The notes under the pieces are model-generated. The model did not search any database. It worked only from the letters and a program-made list of their open reading frames with translations, and had not been told where the DNA came from. Both the position numbers and the translations under genes were made by a program. Shown piece after piece: positions 37,086 through 45,230 of a stretch of DNA of 64,000 nt; position 1 is the stretch's first letter, and every line of letters begins with the position of its first letter. Source of the stretch: Clostridia bacterium (lineage in GTDB: Bacteria; Bacillota; Clostridia; Monoglobales; Firm-18); assembly GCA_045541135.1 (NCBI GenBank), contig JAZQIO010000028.1, positions 32,897-96,896 of the forward strand, written 5' to 3'.

Positions 37086-38098
37086 TGCTTCAGAAACTTT
37101 CTAATGCTTTTGGCCCTTCGGGATGTGAGGATGAAGTTCGTGATATTATAAAAATTGAAATGGAAAAATACTGTGATGAAATTTATGAAGACTGTATAGG
37201 AAATCTTATTTGTCATAAAAAAGGAGAGCTAATTAACAATAAAAGTATTATGTTAACAGCACATATGGATGAAGTTGGTTTTATAATAAGTTATGTTACT
37301 AATGACGGGTATTTCAAATTTCAGACTGTAGGTGGAATTGACCCAAACGTATTGATTTCCAAAAAAGTAGTTATTGGTGATAATAGAGTTTGCGGTGTAA
37401 TAGGTACTAAACCAATACATCAGAATAAAGATAGTAATTCCGTATTAAAAATTTCAGATTTGTATATAGACATTGGTGCCACAACAAAAGAAGATGCTTT
37501 AAAATATGTTAATTTAGGAGACTATGCTTGTTTTGACAGTAGCTATATTGAATTTGGTGACGGATTTGTAAAAGCAAAAGCACTTGATGACCGTGTAGGA
37601 TGCTATGCTTTAATAAATATAGCAAAAAGAAAAACCAAAGCAGATATTTATTATGTATTTGCAGTACAGGAAGAAGTCGGACACAGAGGAGCAATAATAG
37701 CTTCCAAAAAAATTAATCCTGCATTTGCAATAGTGTTGGAGGGTACAACCTGTTCAGATGTTCCCGGAACAGACGAGTTTGGATTTTCAACACATATTGG
37801 TAAAGGTGCTGCACTTTCTATTCGTGATGGCGGATGCTATTCGGATGTTGAACTTACACGTGAAATAATTGATATTGCAAATCAAAACAATATTGAATGT
37901 CAGTATAAACAAACAACATTAGGCGGTAATGATGCTTCTGCAGTACAGCTGTCTGACAATGGCGTTAAGGTAGCTGCAATATCCGTGCCGTGCAGATATA
38001 TACACTCTCAGTCTAATGTAGCAAAATTAAGTGATATTGAATCTATGGAAGAAATACTATATACTTTTATTGAAAGTAAGGTGAAAAACAATGATTGA
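37085..38098 (+). CDS. M42-family metallo-aminopeptidase, paralogue 2
   Basis: Blocks are intact: TAHMDEVGF, ALDDRVGC, VQEEVGHRGA, RYIHS. The ATG at 37085 overlaps the stop of paralogue 1 (TAATG) and lies 9 nt after GGAGG. Confidence 0.9.
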   Translation: MLQKLSNAFGPSGCEDEVRDIIKIEMEKYCDEIYEDCIGNLICHKKGELINNKSIMLTAHMDEVGFIISYVTNDGYFKFQTVGGIDPNVLISKKVVIGDNRVCGVIGTKPIHQNKDSNSVLKISDLYIDIGATTKEDALKYVNLGDYACFDSSYIEFGDGFVKAKALDDRVGCYALINIAKRKTKADIYYVFAVQEEVGHRGAIIASKKINPAFAIVLEGTTCSDVPGTDEFGFSTHIGKGAALSIRDGGCYSDVELTREIIDIANQNNIECQYKQTTLGGNDASAVQLSDNGVKVAAISVPCRYIHSQSNVAKLSDIESMEEILYTFIESKVKNND

Positions 38099-39026
38099 AA
38101 AATTATCCAACGCATATGCGTCGTCGGCAAAAGAGGAAGAAGTGCGTAAAATAATTATAAAAGATTTGTCTGATTTTTATACCGATATCAAAGTAGATAA
38201 TTTAGGTAATCTGATTATTCATAAACCGGGCAAAATGAAAACCATAGCAATTACAGCACCTATGGATGAGGTAAGTTTTCTTGTTACTCATGAAAAAGAT
38301 AAAAATATATTGATTTCAACATCAATATGTGGTGTAAAGTCAAAAAGTTTACAAAATTCTATTTTGATTGATAAAGATAGCAAAAAATTCATCGTTGATA
38401 AAGTACCAAAAATCACTGATGAAAACGAAAAGATTAAAAATATTGAATTAATAAAACTGGATAGTTGTAAAGGTGATTCACTTAACAATGATTTTATTTC
38501 AAAATCTCTTGTTTATTCTAATAATTTTCACGAAACAGAAGATTTTTATATTGGTAAAGCACTTGAAAGATCTGTTTGCTGTTCTGTTTTATGCGATATT
38601 GCAAGAAATGTTGTAAATTCTATTTATGAGTATTATTTTGTATTTTCTGCTCAAAATTATTGTGATAAAAAAGGTGCTTTAACAGCTACTTTTGATTTGG
38701 AAATAGATGAACTTTACAACCTTTGCTTTGTAGATGCAGATAATGAAAATGTAGAAATAAACAAAGGACCGGTTGTTATAATAAGAGATAAAATGCTGAT
38801 TTCTGATATTGAATTAGCAGACAGATTTAATGATAATTCAAATGTTCAGAGGCTGATAAGCTCAAATTTCATTTCTGAGGGCGGTTATTATCAAAAACAA
38901 CAATCTACTCAAAAAGTAATTTCTGTTGGAATACCGACTAATTTTTTGGGTTGTTTTAATGAAATGGTTTCCAAAAATGACGTCAAAGAGTTAAAATATT
39001 TAATTTTAGAGAAAGTGTTACCATAA
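38091..39026 (+). CDS. M42-like paralogue 3 with degenerate active site (probable pseudo-peptidase)
   Basis: It is collinear with paralogues 1 and 2, but the motifs read TAPMDEVSF, ALERSVCC and SAQNYCDKKGA, with no His in the C-terminal block. It overlaps paralogue 2 by 8 nt. Confidence 0.75.
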   Translation: MIEKLSNAYASSAKEEEVRKIIIKDLSDFYTDIKVDNLGNLIIHKPGKMKTIAITAPMDEVSFLVTHEKDKNILISTSICGVKSKSLQNSILIDKDSKKFIVDKVPKITDENEKIKNIELIKLDSCKGDSLNNDFISKSLVYSNNFHETEDFYIGKALERSVCCSVLCDIARNVVNSIYEYYFVFSAQNYCDKKGALTATFDLEIDELYNLCFVDADNENVEINKGPVVIIRDKMLISDIELADRFNDNSNVQRLISSNFISEGGYYQKQQSTQKVISVGIPTNFLGCFNEMVSKNDVKELKYLILEKVLP

Positions 39027-39033
39027 TTATATT

Positions 39034-39219
39034 ATGTTAACATATGGTGATTTTATGAGAAAATGCGTTTTATATGATAGAGAATGTATAGAATGTGGTG
39101 AATGTAATATGTGTGATTTGGATCCGGGAAAAATATGTGATAACTGTGGTAAATGTATCGAAATTGATTCAGATTATGCAGAAATAGAAATTGAATCAGT
39201 TGAAACAGATAACAGGTAA
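39034..39219 (+). CDS. Small cysteine-rich protein (8 Cys; CxxCxxCxxC ... CxxCxxC) with an acidic tail
   Basis: MRKCVLYDRECIECGECNMCDLDPGKICDNCGKCIEIDSDYAEIEIESVETDNR. The start is either ATG 39034 or ATG 39055. No strong SD is present. Confidence 0.5.
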   Translation: MLTYGDFMRKCVLYDRECIECGECNMCDLDPGKICDNCGKCIEIDSDYAEIEIESVETDNR

Positions 39220-39276
39220 AATAAGTTTTAGTCTATACTACATGAAAAATACGAATTCGTGGGGTGTCGAAATATT

Positions 39277-39888
39277 ATGAAAATACCATTTTGGGAAGAT
39301 TCTTTTAATGATGATTCAACCTTTTTATTTGAAAAAACCACAAATAAAACTATTCTGCGCTTTGAAAAACTTTTTAACAAAAAGTGGAACGTATTAGATG
39401 TTGGATGTGGTGACGGAATAAATTCTATCTATTTGGCTAAACAAGGTTTTGATAATATCCATGCATTTGATATATCTGAAAGTGCAATTAAAAAAATAAA
39501 CAGATTATGCCAAAACACCGAATATAAAATAAATACACAGGTAACATCAGTTGAAAATTTTATTTTCAAACAGCAATATGGTTTAGTTATTTCATTTGGC
39601 GTATTTCATTTTATTGAGAAACAGTGTTGGAAAAAATTTATTAGGGAAGCACAAGAAAATACTATAGTAGGTGGTATTCATATAATACAAATATTCACAG
39701 ATGACATTGCTCCAACACCTGATATAAAGCCTTATGCTATTGGACTGGCTGAGGATGGTGAAATTAAAGATTTATACGAAGAATGGGATATAATTCAATT
39801 TATATCGTATACTTTCGAAGAAGAGCATCCTGGTGTTCCCTTGCATAAGCATGCATCAAACAAACTTGTCGCAAGAAAAATAAAATAA
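39277..39888 (+). CDS. Class I SAM-dependent methyltransferase (TehB-like small-molecule MTase fold)
   Basis: Motif I VLDVGCGDGINSIYLAKQG and motif post-I AFDISE. The ATG at 39277 (MKIPFWED) is preferred over the GTG at 39259. Confidence 0.8.
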   Translation: MKIPFWEDSFNDDSTFLFEKTTNKTILRFEKLFNKKWNVLDVGCGDGINSIYLAKQGFDNIHAFDISESAIKKINRLCQNTEYKINTQVTSVENFIFKQQYGLVISFGVFHFIEKQCWKKFIREAQENTIVGGIHIIQIFTDDIAPTPDIKPYAIGLAEDGEIKDLYEEWDIIQFISYTFEEEHPGVPLHKHASNKLVARKIK

Positions 39889-39918
39889 AGAACCATTTAA
39901 AATGGTTCTTTATTTTTT
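39887..39918. terminator. Bidirectional terminator at the convergent junction between the methyltransferase and the recombinase
   Basis: AAAGAACCAT (39887-39896), loop TTAAA, ATGGTTCTTT (39902-39911). It is flanked by an A-run on the left and ATTTTTT on the right, and overlaps both stop codons. Confidence 0.75.
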
Positions 39919-40875
39919 ATCTGAATAATTAGCAAGAGGATTACTTTTTAACGCATTTTCAATAGCCTGGTCATCGGTATGAGTATAAATTTGTGTTGTA
40001 GATAAATTAGTATGACCAAGTATTTTTTGAAGTGCCAAAACGTCTACATGACCATGCTTATACATAAGTGTAGCTGCAGTATGGCGTAGTTTATGTGTTG
40101 TATAGCTTGTATAATCAAGGCCTGCAAGCATCAAATATTTCTTTACAATTAACTGGATTCCGCGAACACTGATTCGTTCATTATTTTTATTTAGAAACAG
40201 TGCATTTGAATGTTGCGGTTTAGCTTTGGGACGAACTTTTTTGTATTCTTCAATAGCATTTAAGCAAGCATCATTTAAAAATACCTGGCGTTCTTTGTCA
40301 CCTTTACCAATTACACGAAGATTTGTGCCCTGAATATCTGTCATATTAATACCAACAAGCTCAGATACACGCAAACCGCAATTTAAAAGTATAGTAAGAA
40401 TGCAGAAATCACGCTGATTAAGGTTTTCTGCGGCATCTAAAAGCTTAATACTGCTGTCTAAATCGAGATATTTTGGCAGTCTTTTGCTTAATTTTGGAGC
40501 ATCAAGCTCGATTGTAGGGTCAATATCCAAAAGTTCAGCTTTGTTAGTAAGGTATTTAAAATATGTTTTTAAGCTTGAAACCTTACGTGCACGTGCAGAA
40601 GAAGAATTTGAACGACTACGGTTAACGTAATTCATATAATCATATAAATCAGTTAAGCGAATTTTTTTTATGTAATCAAATGGAACATCGGAAATTTCAA
40701 TTGAATTAATTTCATCTAAAGATAATTTAGAATTATTTTTTATTTTGATATATCTGTAAAATAATCTTAAATCATAATAATACGCATTAACTGTATTTTT
40801 AGATTTACCTTTAATAACTTCAAGATATGTTATGAAATCCTTAAGTTCAGGGGTACAATCATCAAAATTAATCAT
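39910..40875 (-). CDS. Tyrosine recombinase, XerC/XerD-like (phage-integrase family)
   Basis: N-terminal SAM-like core-binding domain (FITYLEVIKGKSKNTVNAYYYDLRLFYRYI). The catalytic residues are present: GLRVSEL (Arg), HKLRHTAAT (His-x-x-Arg), LGHTNLSTTQIYTH (His, Tyr). ATG 5 nt after GGAGGG. Confidence 0.88.
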   Translation of the reverse strand: MINFDDCTPELKDFITYLEVIKGKSKNTVNAYYYDLRLFYRYIKIKNNSKLSLDEINSIEISDVPFDYIKKIRLTDLYDYMNYVNRSRSNSSSARARKVSSLKTYFKYLTNKAELLDIDPTIELDAPKLSKRLPKYLDLDSSIKLLDAAENLNQRDFCILTILLNCGLRVSELVGINMTDIQGTNLRVIGKGDKERQVFLNDACLNAIEEYKKVRPKAKPQHSNALFLNKNNERISVRGIQLIVKKYLMLAGLDYTSYTTHKLRHTAATLMYKHGHVDVLALQKILGHTNLSTTQIYTHTDDQAIENALKSNPLANYSDKK

Positions 40876-40890
40876 TTTAACCCTCCATCC

Positions 40891-40920
40891 AACTTCGCGA
40901 AATTTTTATTTCGCGAAGTT
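40891..40920. repeat. Perfect 30-bp palindrome (13-bp arms, TTTT centre) immediately upstream of the recombinase gene
   Basis: AACTTCGCGAAAT-TTTT-ATTTCGCGAAGTT. I checked every arm position pair for complementarity. There is no flanking U/T tract on either strand. Confidence 0.9.
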
Positions 40921-40970
40921 GCTATATCTACCTTTTAAGTGAAAATATATATCTGTTTTTGCTGTTTTGC

Positions 40971-41327
40971 TCATAATTCCATTAGAGTATTATTTTTGAA
41001 ATAATATATATTTTCTTTTTTGTAACCATAATTTGAATTTTTCAAACTTATATGAGGTTCAAATGTAAAATATTCTACATGGGACAATTTATTTTTATTA
41101 CCTTTTTCAATATAAATTCTATCAGATTTCTTTTCAGCTATTGAATGACCTAAATTACCAATAAAATCCAAATTAATAAACCCATGTAAATTTATCATGT
41201 TATTCATATAAAAATATAATTCTTCAAATGTAGTTTCTGGGGTTGCGTACTTTAACAATTCGTCATGTAATTTTTCCTCCATCATCAATCCTTGTTTCCA
41301 TTCCGAATTCATAGTATTTTTTTGCAA
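40971..41327 (-). CDS. Short ORF resembling only the C-terminal half of an M24 (creatinase/prolidase-fold) metallopeptidase; possible gene remnant
   Basis: 118 aa. GNLGHSI, FTFEPHI and YKKENIYYF line up with the His, Glu and Glu metal-ligand blocks of M24 enzymes. The N-terminal half carrying the two Asp ligands is absent, and copA ends only 26 nt upstream. Confidence 0.4.
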   Translation of the reverse strand: MQKNTMNSEWKQGLMMEEKLHDELLKYATPETTFEELYFYMNNMINLHGFINLDFIGNLGHSIAEKKSDRIYIEKGNKNKLSHVEYFTFEPHISLKNSNYGYKKENIYYFKNNTLMEL

Positions 41328-41353
41328 GTGATTGTACAGTTGAGTATTTCATT

Positions 41354-43468
41354 TTACATCACTTTCTTATTTTTTAATCTTAATGAATTCAATACAACAG
41401 AAACTGATGATAAACTCATTGCCATTGCCGCAAGCATTGGATTTAATAAAATTCCTGTAAAAGGATATAAAATTCCTGCAGCAATCGGAATACATATACT
41501 GTTATAACAAAAAGCCCAGAAAAGATTTTGTTTTACTGTCTTCATTGTAAGCTCGCTTGTGTTTACAGCCTTTAGTATTGTATCCAATCCTTCGTTAAGC
41601 AATATAACGTCTGCAGAATCTATTGCTATATCTGTACCATTCATAACAGCTATTCCTACATCTGCTTTAATAAGTGCCGGTGAGTCATTGACGCCGTCAC
41701 CTACCATGGCAACCTTGTGTTTTTCCATTAATTCACCAACAACATTGCTCTTTTCATCTGGCATTACATTTGCAATTACAGATGTTATGTCAACCTTTTT
41801 TGCAATTTTCTCAGCAACACTTTGTGAATCACCGCTAAGCATAACAACTTCTTTATTATGTTTCAGTGCTTTGATTATATCAGGTGTTTCTTTTCTTATT
41901 GTATCGGCAAATTCTATATAGCCCAATAATTCACCGTCACATTTAAGTCCTATTACAGTATTATCAGACTGTATAGTTTCTCCTATGAATTTTGGACTAC
42001 CAAGCAATATTTTACTTCCGTTTATTACTCCGCTTAGTCCTAAACCGTTATGTGATTCAAAATTTTCTGCTGTTTCAAACGTAATATTGTTCTTTTTACA
42101 ATATTCTATTACAGCATTTGCAAGTGGATGTTGTGAAAATTGTTCGAGTGCAGCAGCATATGACATCAATTTTTCTTCATTATTCGATATTATGTTAACC
42201 ACTTCAGGCTTTCCATAAGTAAGTGTGCCTGTTTTATCGAATACAATGCAATTTACTGTATTTAGTGTTTCAATAGCTTCGGCACTTTTAAAAAGTATGC
42301 CGTTTGTAGCACCAAGTCCACTACCAACCATTATTGCCATAGGTGTTGCTAAACCTAAAGAACACGGGCAGGCAATAACTAAAACCGCAACAAAAATTTG
42401 AAATACAAAATCTATATCTTTACCTGCTATAAGCCATATTATTGCAGATAATAAAGAAATTGCGAATACTGTTGGAACGAATATACCTGCAATTTTATCA
42501 GCAACTCTTTGAATTGGAGCTTTTGTGCTTTGGGTATCCTGAACAAGCTTGATGATTTTGCTTAGCAGAGTGTCTTCACCAACACTTGTAGCCTTGTATG
42601 TTATACTACCGTTGTAATTTAAACTGCCGCCTATAAGGTTATCTCCTATGTTTTTATCAACGGGCATACTCTCACCTGTAAACATACTTTCATCAACTGT
42701 TGTAAAGCCATTTTCAACAACACCATCTACAGCAACAGCTTCACCAGGCTTTAAAACAAGTATATCACCTATTTTAATATCTTTTACATCTACCTCTACT
42801 TGTTTATCTTCTACAAGCATAGTTGCTTTAGTCGGAGCAACATTCATAAGTTTTTTAATAGCATCACCTGTACGTGCCTTTGAAATTTTTTCAAGCTGTT
42901 TGCCAATTGATACAAACATTATTATTGTTGCAGAACTTTCAAAATAAAGATGATGAGCGTTTATATCAGTAAACATTGTATACAGACTGTAAATTATTGA
43001 CGCCGCTGAGCCTATTGCCACAAGGCTGTTCATATTAGGATGAAACTTAAACAATGACTTAAAACCGTCAAATAACAATTCTCTGCCGCATATAAGTACC
43101 GGAATAAGTAAAATAATCTGTATATATGCTACAACCATCATGTCTGTGTGCACAGCCGGAAGTCCTAACATATGTCCCATGGAAACATACATCAAAGCCA
43201 ACGCAAAAACAATGATAATAACAAGGTTAAAATCAAATTTTTTATTTGCCTCTTCCTTTTTTTCGTCAATGAAAAAGCCACATTTTTTTACAATCTTTTC
43301 AATATCTTTTATTGTTAACTTTGAATTATCATATTCAAAGGTTGCAGTATTTGTTGCTATACTTACAGCAGGATTAACTACACCTTCGGTTTTAGACAAT
43401 TCTTTTTCTAAATACGCAGAACATGCAGCACAATGCATTCCGCCAATTTTAAGAGTAATTTTTTCCAT
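41354..43468 (-). CDS. copA: Copper-translocating P1B-type ATPase
   Basis: One N-terminal HMA domain (GMHCAACSAYL), CPC (ACPCSLGLATP), DKTGTLT, SQHPLA, GDGVNDSPAL. Cu(I) selectivity motifs YN (FCYNS) and MxxSS (MAMSLSS) are present. Confidence 0.93.
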   Translation of the reverse strand: MEKITLKIGGMHCAACSAYLEKELSKTEGVVNPAVSIATNTATFEYDNSKLTIKDIEKIVKKCGFFIDEKKEEANKKFDFNLVIIIVFALALMYVSMGHMLGLPAVHTDMMVVAYIQIILLIPVLICGRELLFDGFKSLFKFHPNMNSLVAIGSAASIIYSLYTMFTDINAHHLYFESSATIIMFVSIGKQLEKISKARTGDAIKKLMNVAPTKATMLVEDKQVEVDVKDIKIGDILVLKPGEAVAVDGVVENGFTTVDESMFTGESMPVDKNIGDNLIGGSLNYNGSITYKATSVGEDTLLSKIIKLVQDTQSTKAPIQRVADKIAGIFVPTVFAISLLSAIIWLIAGKDIDFVFQIFVAVLVIACPCSLGLATPMAIMVGSGLGATNGILFKSAEAIETLNTVNCIVFDKTGTLTYGKPEVVNIISNNEEKLMSYAAALEQFSQHPLANAVIEYCKKNNITFETAENFESHNGLGLSGVINGSKILLGSPKFIGETIQSDNTVIGLKCDGELLGYIEFADTIRKETPDIIKALKHNKEVVMLSGDSQSVAEKIAKKVDITSVIANVMPDEKSNVVGELMEKHKVAMVGDGVNDSPALIKADVGIAVMNGTDIAIDSADVILLNEGLDTILKAVNTSELTMKTVKQNLFWAFCYNSICIPIAAGILYPFTGILLNPMLAAMAMSLSSVSVVLNSLRLKNKKVM

Positions 43469-43479
43469 TTAATCATTTC

Positions 43480-45219
43480 CTACATTAACATTTTTAGTAT
43501 TTCTGAACTTCTTTCGATAAACTCTGTCATTTCCTCTGTTGTAAGCGGATTATGACAAACTCTGGCAATATCATAAATTTGTTTACATACAAGTTCTTTT
43601 TTGTTTACATCTTCTATTTTCTCAATTTTATTGATTATTTCACTGTCTGTATTTAAAACGAGTGTATATTTTTGTTTTGTGAAAGCATTTCCAAACATCT
43701 TTGTCATATCATTAATTCGACGTTCCTGTTCGTCTTCAACTATGATTGCAGGAAGTGAAATTTTCAAAGATGAAGCAGTTACTTTCAAATCCTCAATATT
43801 TAATATGTTTTTAAAAACTTCAACAATTGATTCATCGTCTTTTGTTTCCTGAGGAAGTGTATCAATTCTTGTAAATTTCCACTGTTCCTTCATTTCAAGG
43901 AAGTTTATAAAATGAGTATCAATAAGGTGAGGCATAATTACAGCACTTCTGCCTTCTTCCTTTAGCATCTTGATATACTGAGCTTGTTGATTTTCATCTG
44001 ATATATAAGTAATGTTTTTATTTTGTGCTTCTGCATATTCTATAAGTGAAACAAAATCTCCTAATGTTGTTTTAACTTGAAGTACAGGTTTCAGTTTATC
44101 ATAGAATTTTTCATCACGCATACAGCCGTATTCTATAAAAGGTGAAATATCATCATAATACTCATCAAAATGTTCTTTTTCAAGCTTGTGTAATGAAATT
44201 ATCTTATCAGCAACCTTCTTAGTTATATGAGAAGAAATTTTAGTTACATAACCGTCGTTTTGAAGTGAACTTCTTGATACATTAAGTGGTATTTCGGGAC
44301 AATCAATAACGCCCTTTAAAAGCATCAAGAATTCCGGAATAACTTCTTTGATATTATCTGCAACAAAAACCTGATTGTTGAAAAGTTTAATCTGACCTTG
44401 TGCAGATTCAAATTCGTGTGTAAGCTTCGGGAAATAAAGAATCCCCTTTAAGTTAAACGGATAATCAACATTAAGATGTATCCAGAATAATGGATCATTA
44501 AAATCACTGAATAAACGGTGATACAATTCCTTATATTCCTCATCCTTACAGTCTGCAGGTGATTTTGTCCACAAGGGATTAGTGTCATTTACAGGTTTTT
44601 CTTCATCATTAAGATGAATTGGATATGGCAAGAAAGCACAATATTTTAAAAGAACACTGCGAAGTCTTTCGGACTGCAAAAATTCTTCTTCTGCATCTGA
44701 AACGTGTAGCGTAATAATTGTGCCTCTTTCAGTCTTTGTTGATTCTGAAATTTCGTATTCGGTACCGCCATCACAAGACCATTTAACAGCAGGTTCGTCC
44801 TTGTATGATTTTGTTTCAATTTCTACAAGGTCTGCAACCATATATGCAGAATAAAAACCAAGACCAAAATGACCTATAATCTGACTTTTTTCATCTTTGT
44901 CTTTATATTTGGACAAAAATTCTTCCGCACCCGAAAAAGCAATTTGATTTATATATTTATCAATTTCTTCTTCAGTCATACCAATACCGTTATCTTTAAT
45001 TGTGATTGTTTTATTTTCTTTATCACAATATATATCAACGCGAAAATCAGTATCATTTGATTTACATTCGCCTATGCTCTGTAATTTTTTTATTTTAGTA
45101 ATTGCATCACAAGCATTAACCGTAAGTTCTCTTAAAAAAATATCTTTATCTGAATATAACCATTTTTTAATTACAGGAAATATATTTTGTGTCTGTACCT
45201 CAATATTGCCTTTTTTCAT
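43480..45219 (-). CDS. htpG: HSP90-family molecular chaperone HtpG (short form)
   Basis: GHKL ATPase N-domain (LYSDKDIFLRELTVNACDA ... IGHFGLGFYSAYMVA), plus middle and C-terminal domains. 579 aa. Confidence 0.9.
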   Translation of the reverse strand: MKKGNIEVQTQNIFPVIKKWLYSDKDIFLRELTVNACDAITKIKKLQSIGECKSNDTDFRVDIYCDKENKTITIKDNGIGMTEEEIDKYINQIAFSGAEEFLSKYKDKDEKSQIIGHFGLGFYSAYMVADLVEIETKSYKDEPAVKWSCDGGTEYEISESTKTERGTIITLHVSDAEEEFLQSERLRSVLLKYCAFLPYPIHLNDEEKPVNDTNPLWTKSPADCKDEEYKELYHRLFSDFNDPLFWIHLNVDYPFNLKGILYFPKLTHEFESAQGQIKLFNNQVFVADNIKEVIPEFLMLLKGVIDCPEIPLNVSRSSLQNDGYVTKISSHITKKVADKIISLHKLEKEHFDEYYDDISPFIEYGCMRDEKFYDKLKPVLQVKTTLGDFVSLIEYAEAQNKNITYISDENQQAQYIKMLKEEGRSAVIMPHLIDTHFINFLEMKEQWKFTRIDTLPQETKDDESIVEVFKNILNIEDLKVTASSLKISLPAIIVEDEQERRINDMTKMFGNAFTKQKYTLVLNTDSEIINKIEKIEDVNKKELVCKQIYDIARVCHNPLTTEEMTEFIERSSEILKMLM

Positions 45220-45230
45220 TAGATTTCACC

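Noticed and set aside
40651-40678. Canonical dif-like sequence (XerD arm TTATGTAAA..) near the strand switch. The best eye-matches are AGTTAAGCGAA-TTTTTT-TTATGTAATCA inside the recombinase CDS, and TTATGTAACAA near 56955.
   Set aside because: Only the TTATGTAA core matches. The left arms are unrelated to known Firmicute dif arms, and one candidate lies inside a coding region. This looks like chance in AT-rich DNA.
41292-41507. A plus-strand 71-aa ORF spanning the gap between copA and the short ORF, and the plus-strand ORF 45002-45313 spanning the htpG/M18 junction.
   Set aside because: They are antisense to well-supported genes across most of their length, hydrophobic and low-complexity, with no SD. 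I treat them as spurious.
39910-43468. Reading the recombinase / M24 fragment / copA region as an integrated mobile element or prophage remnant.
   Set aside because: No phage, transposase, conjugation or excisionase genes are present, and I saw no flanking direct repeats and no tRNA target. Only the truncated ORF hints at past rearrangement, and that is reported separately at low interest.
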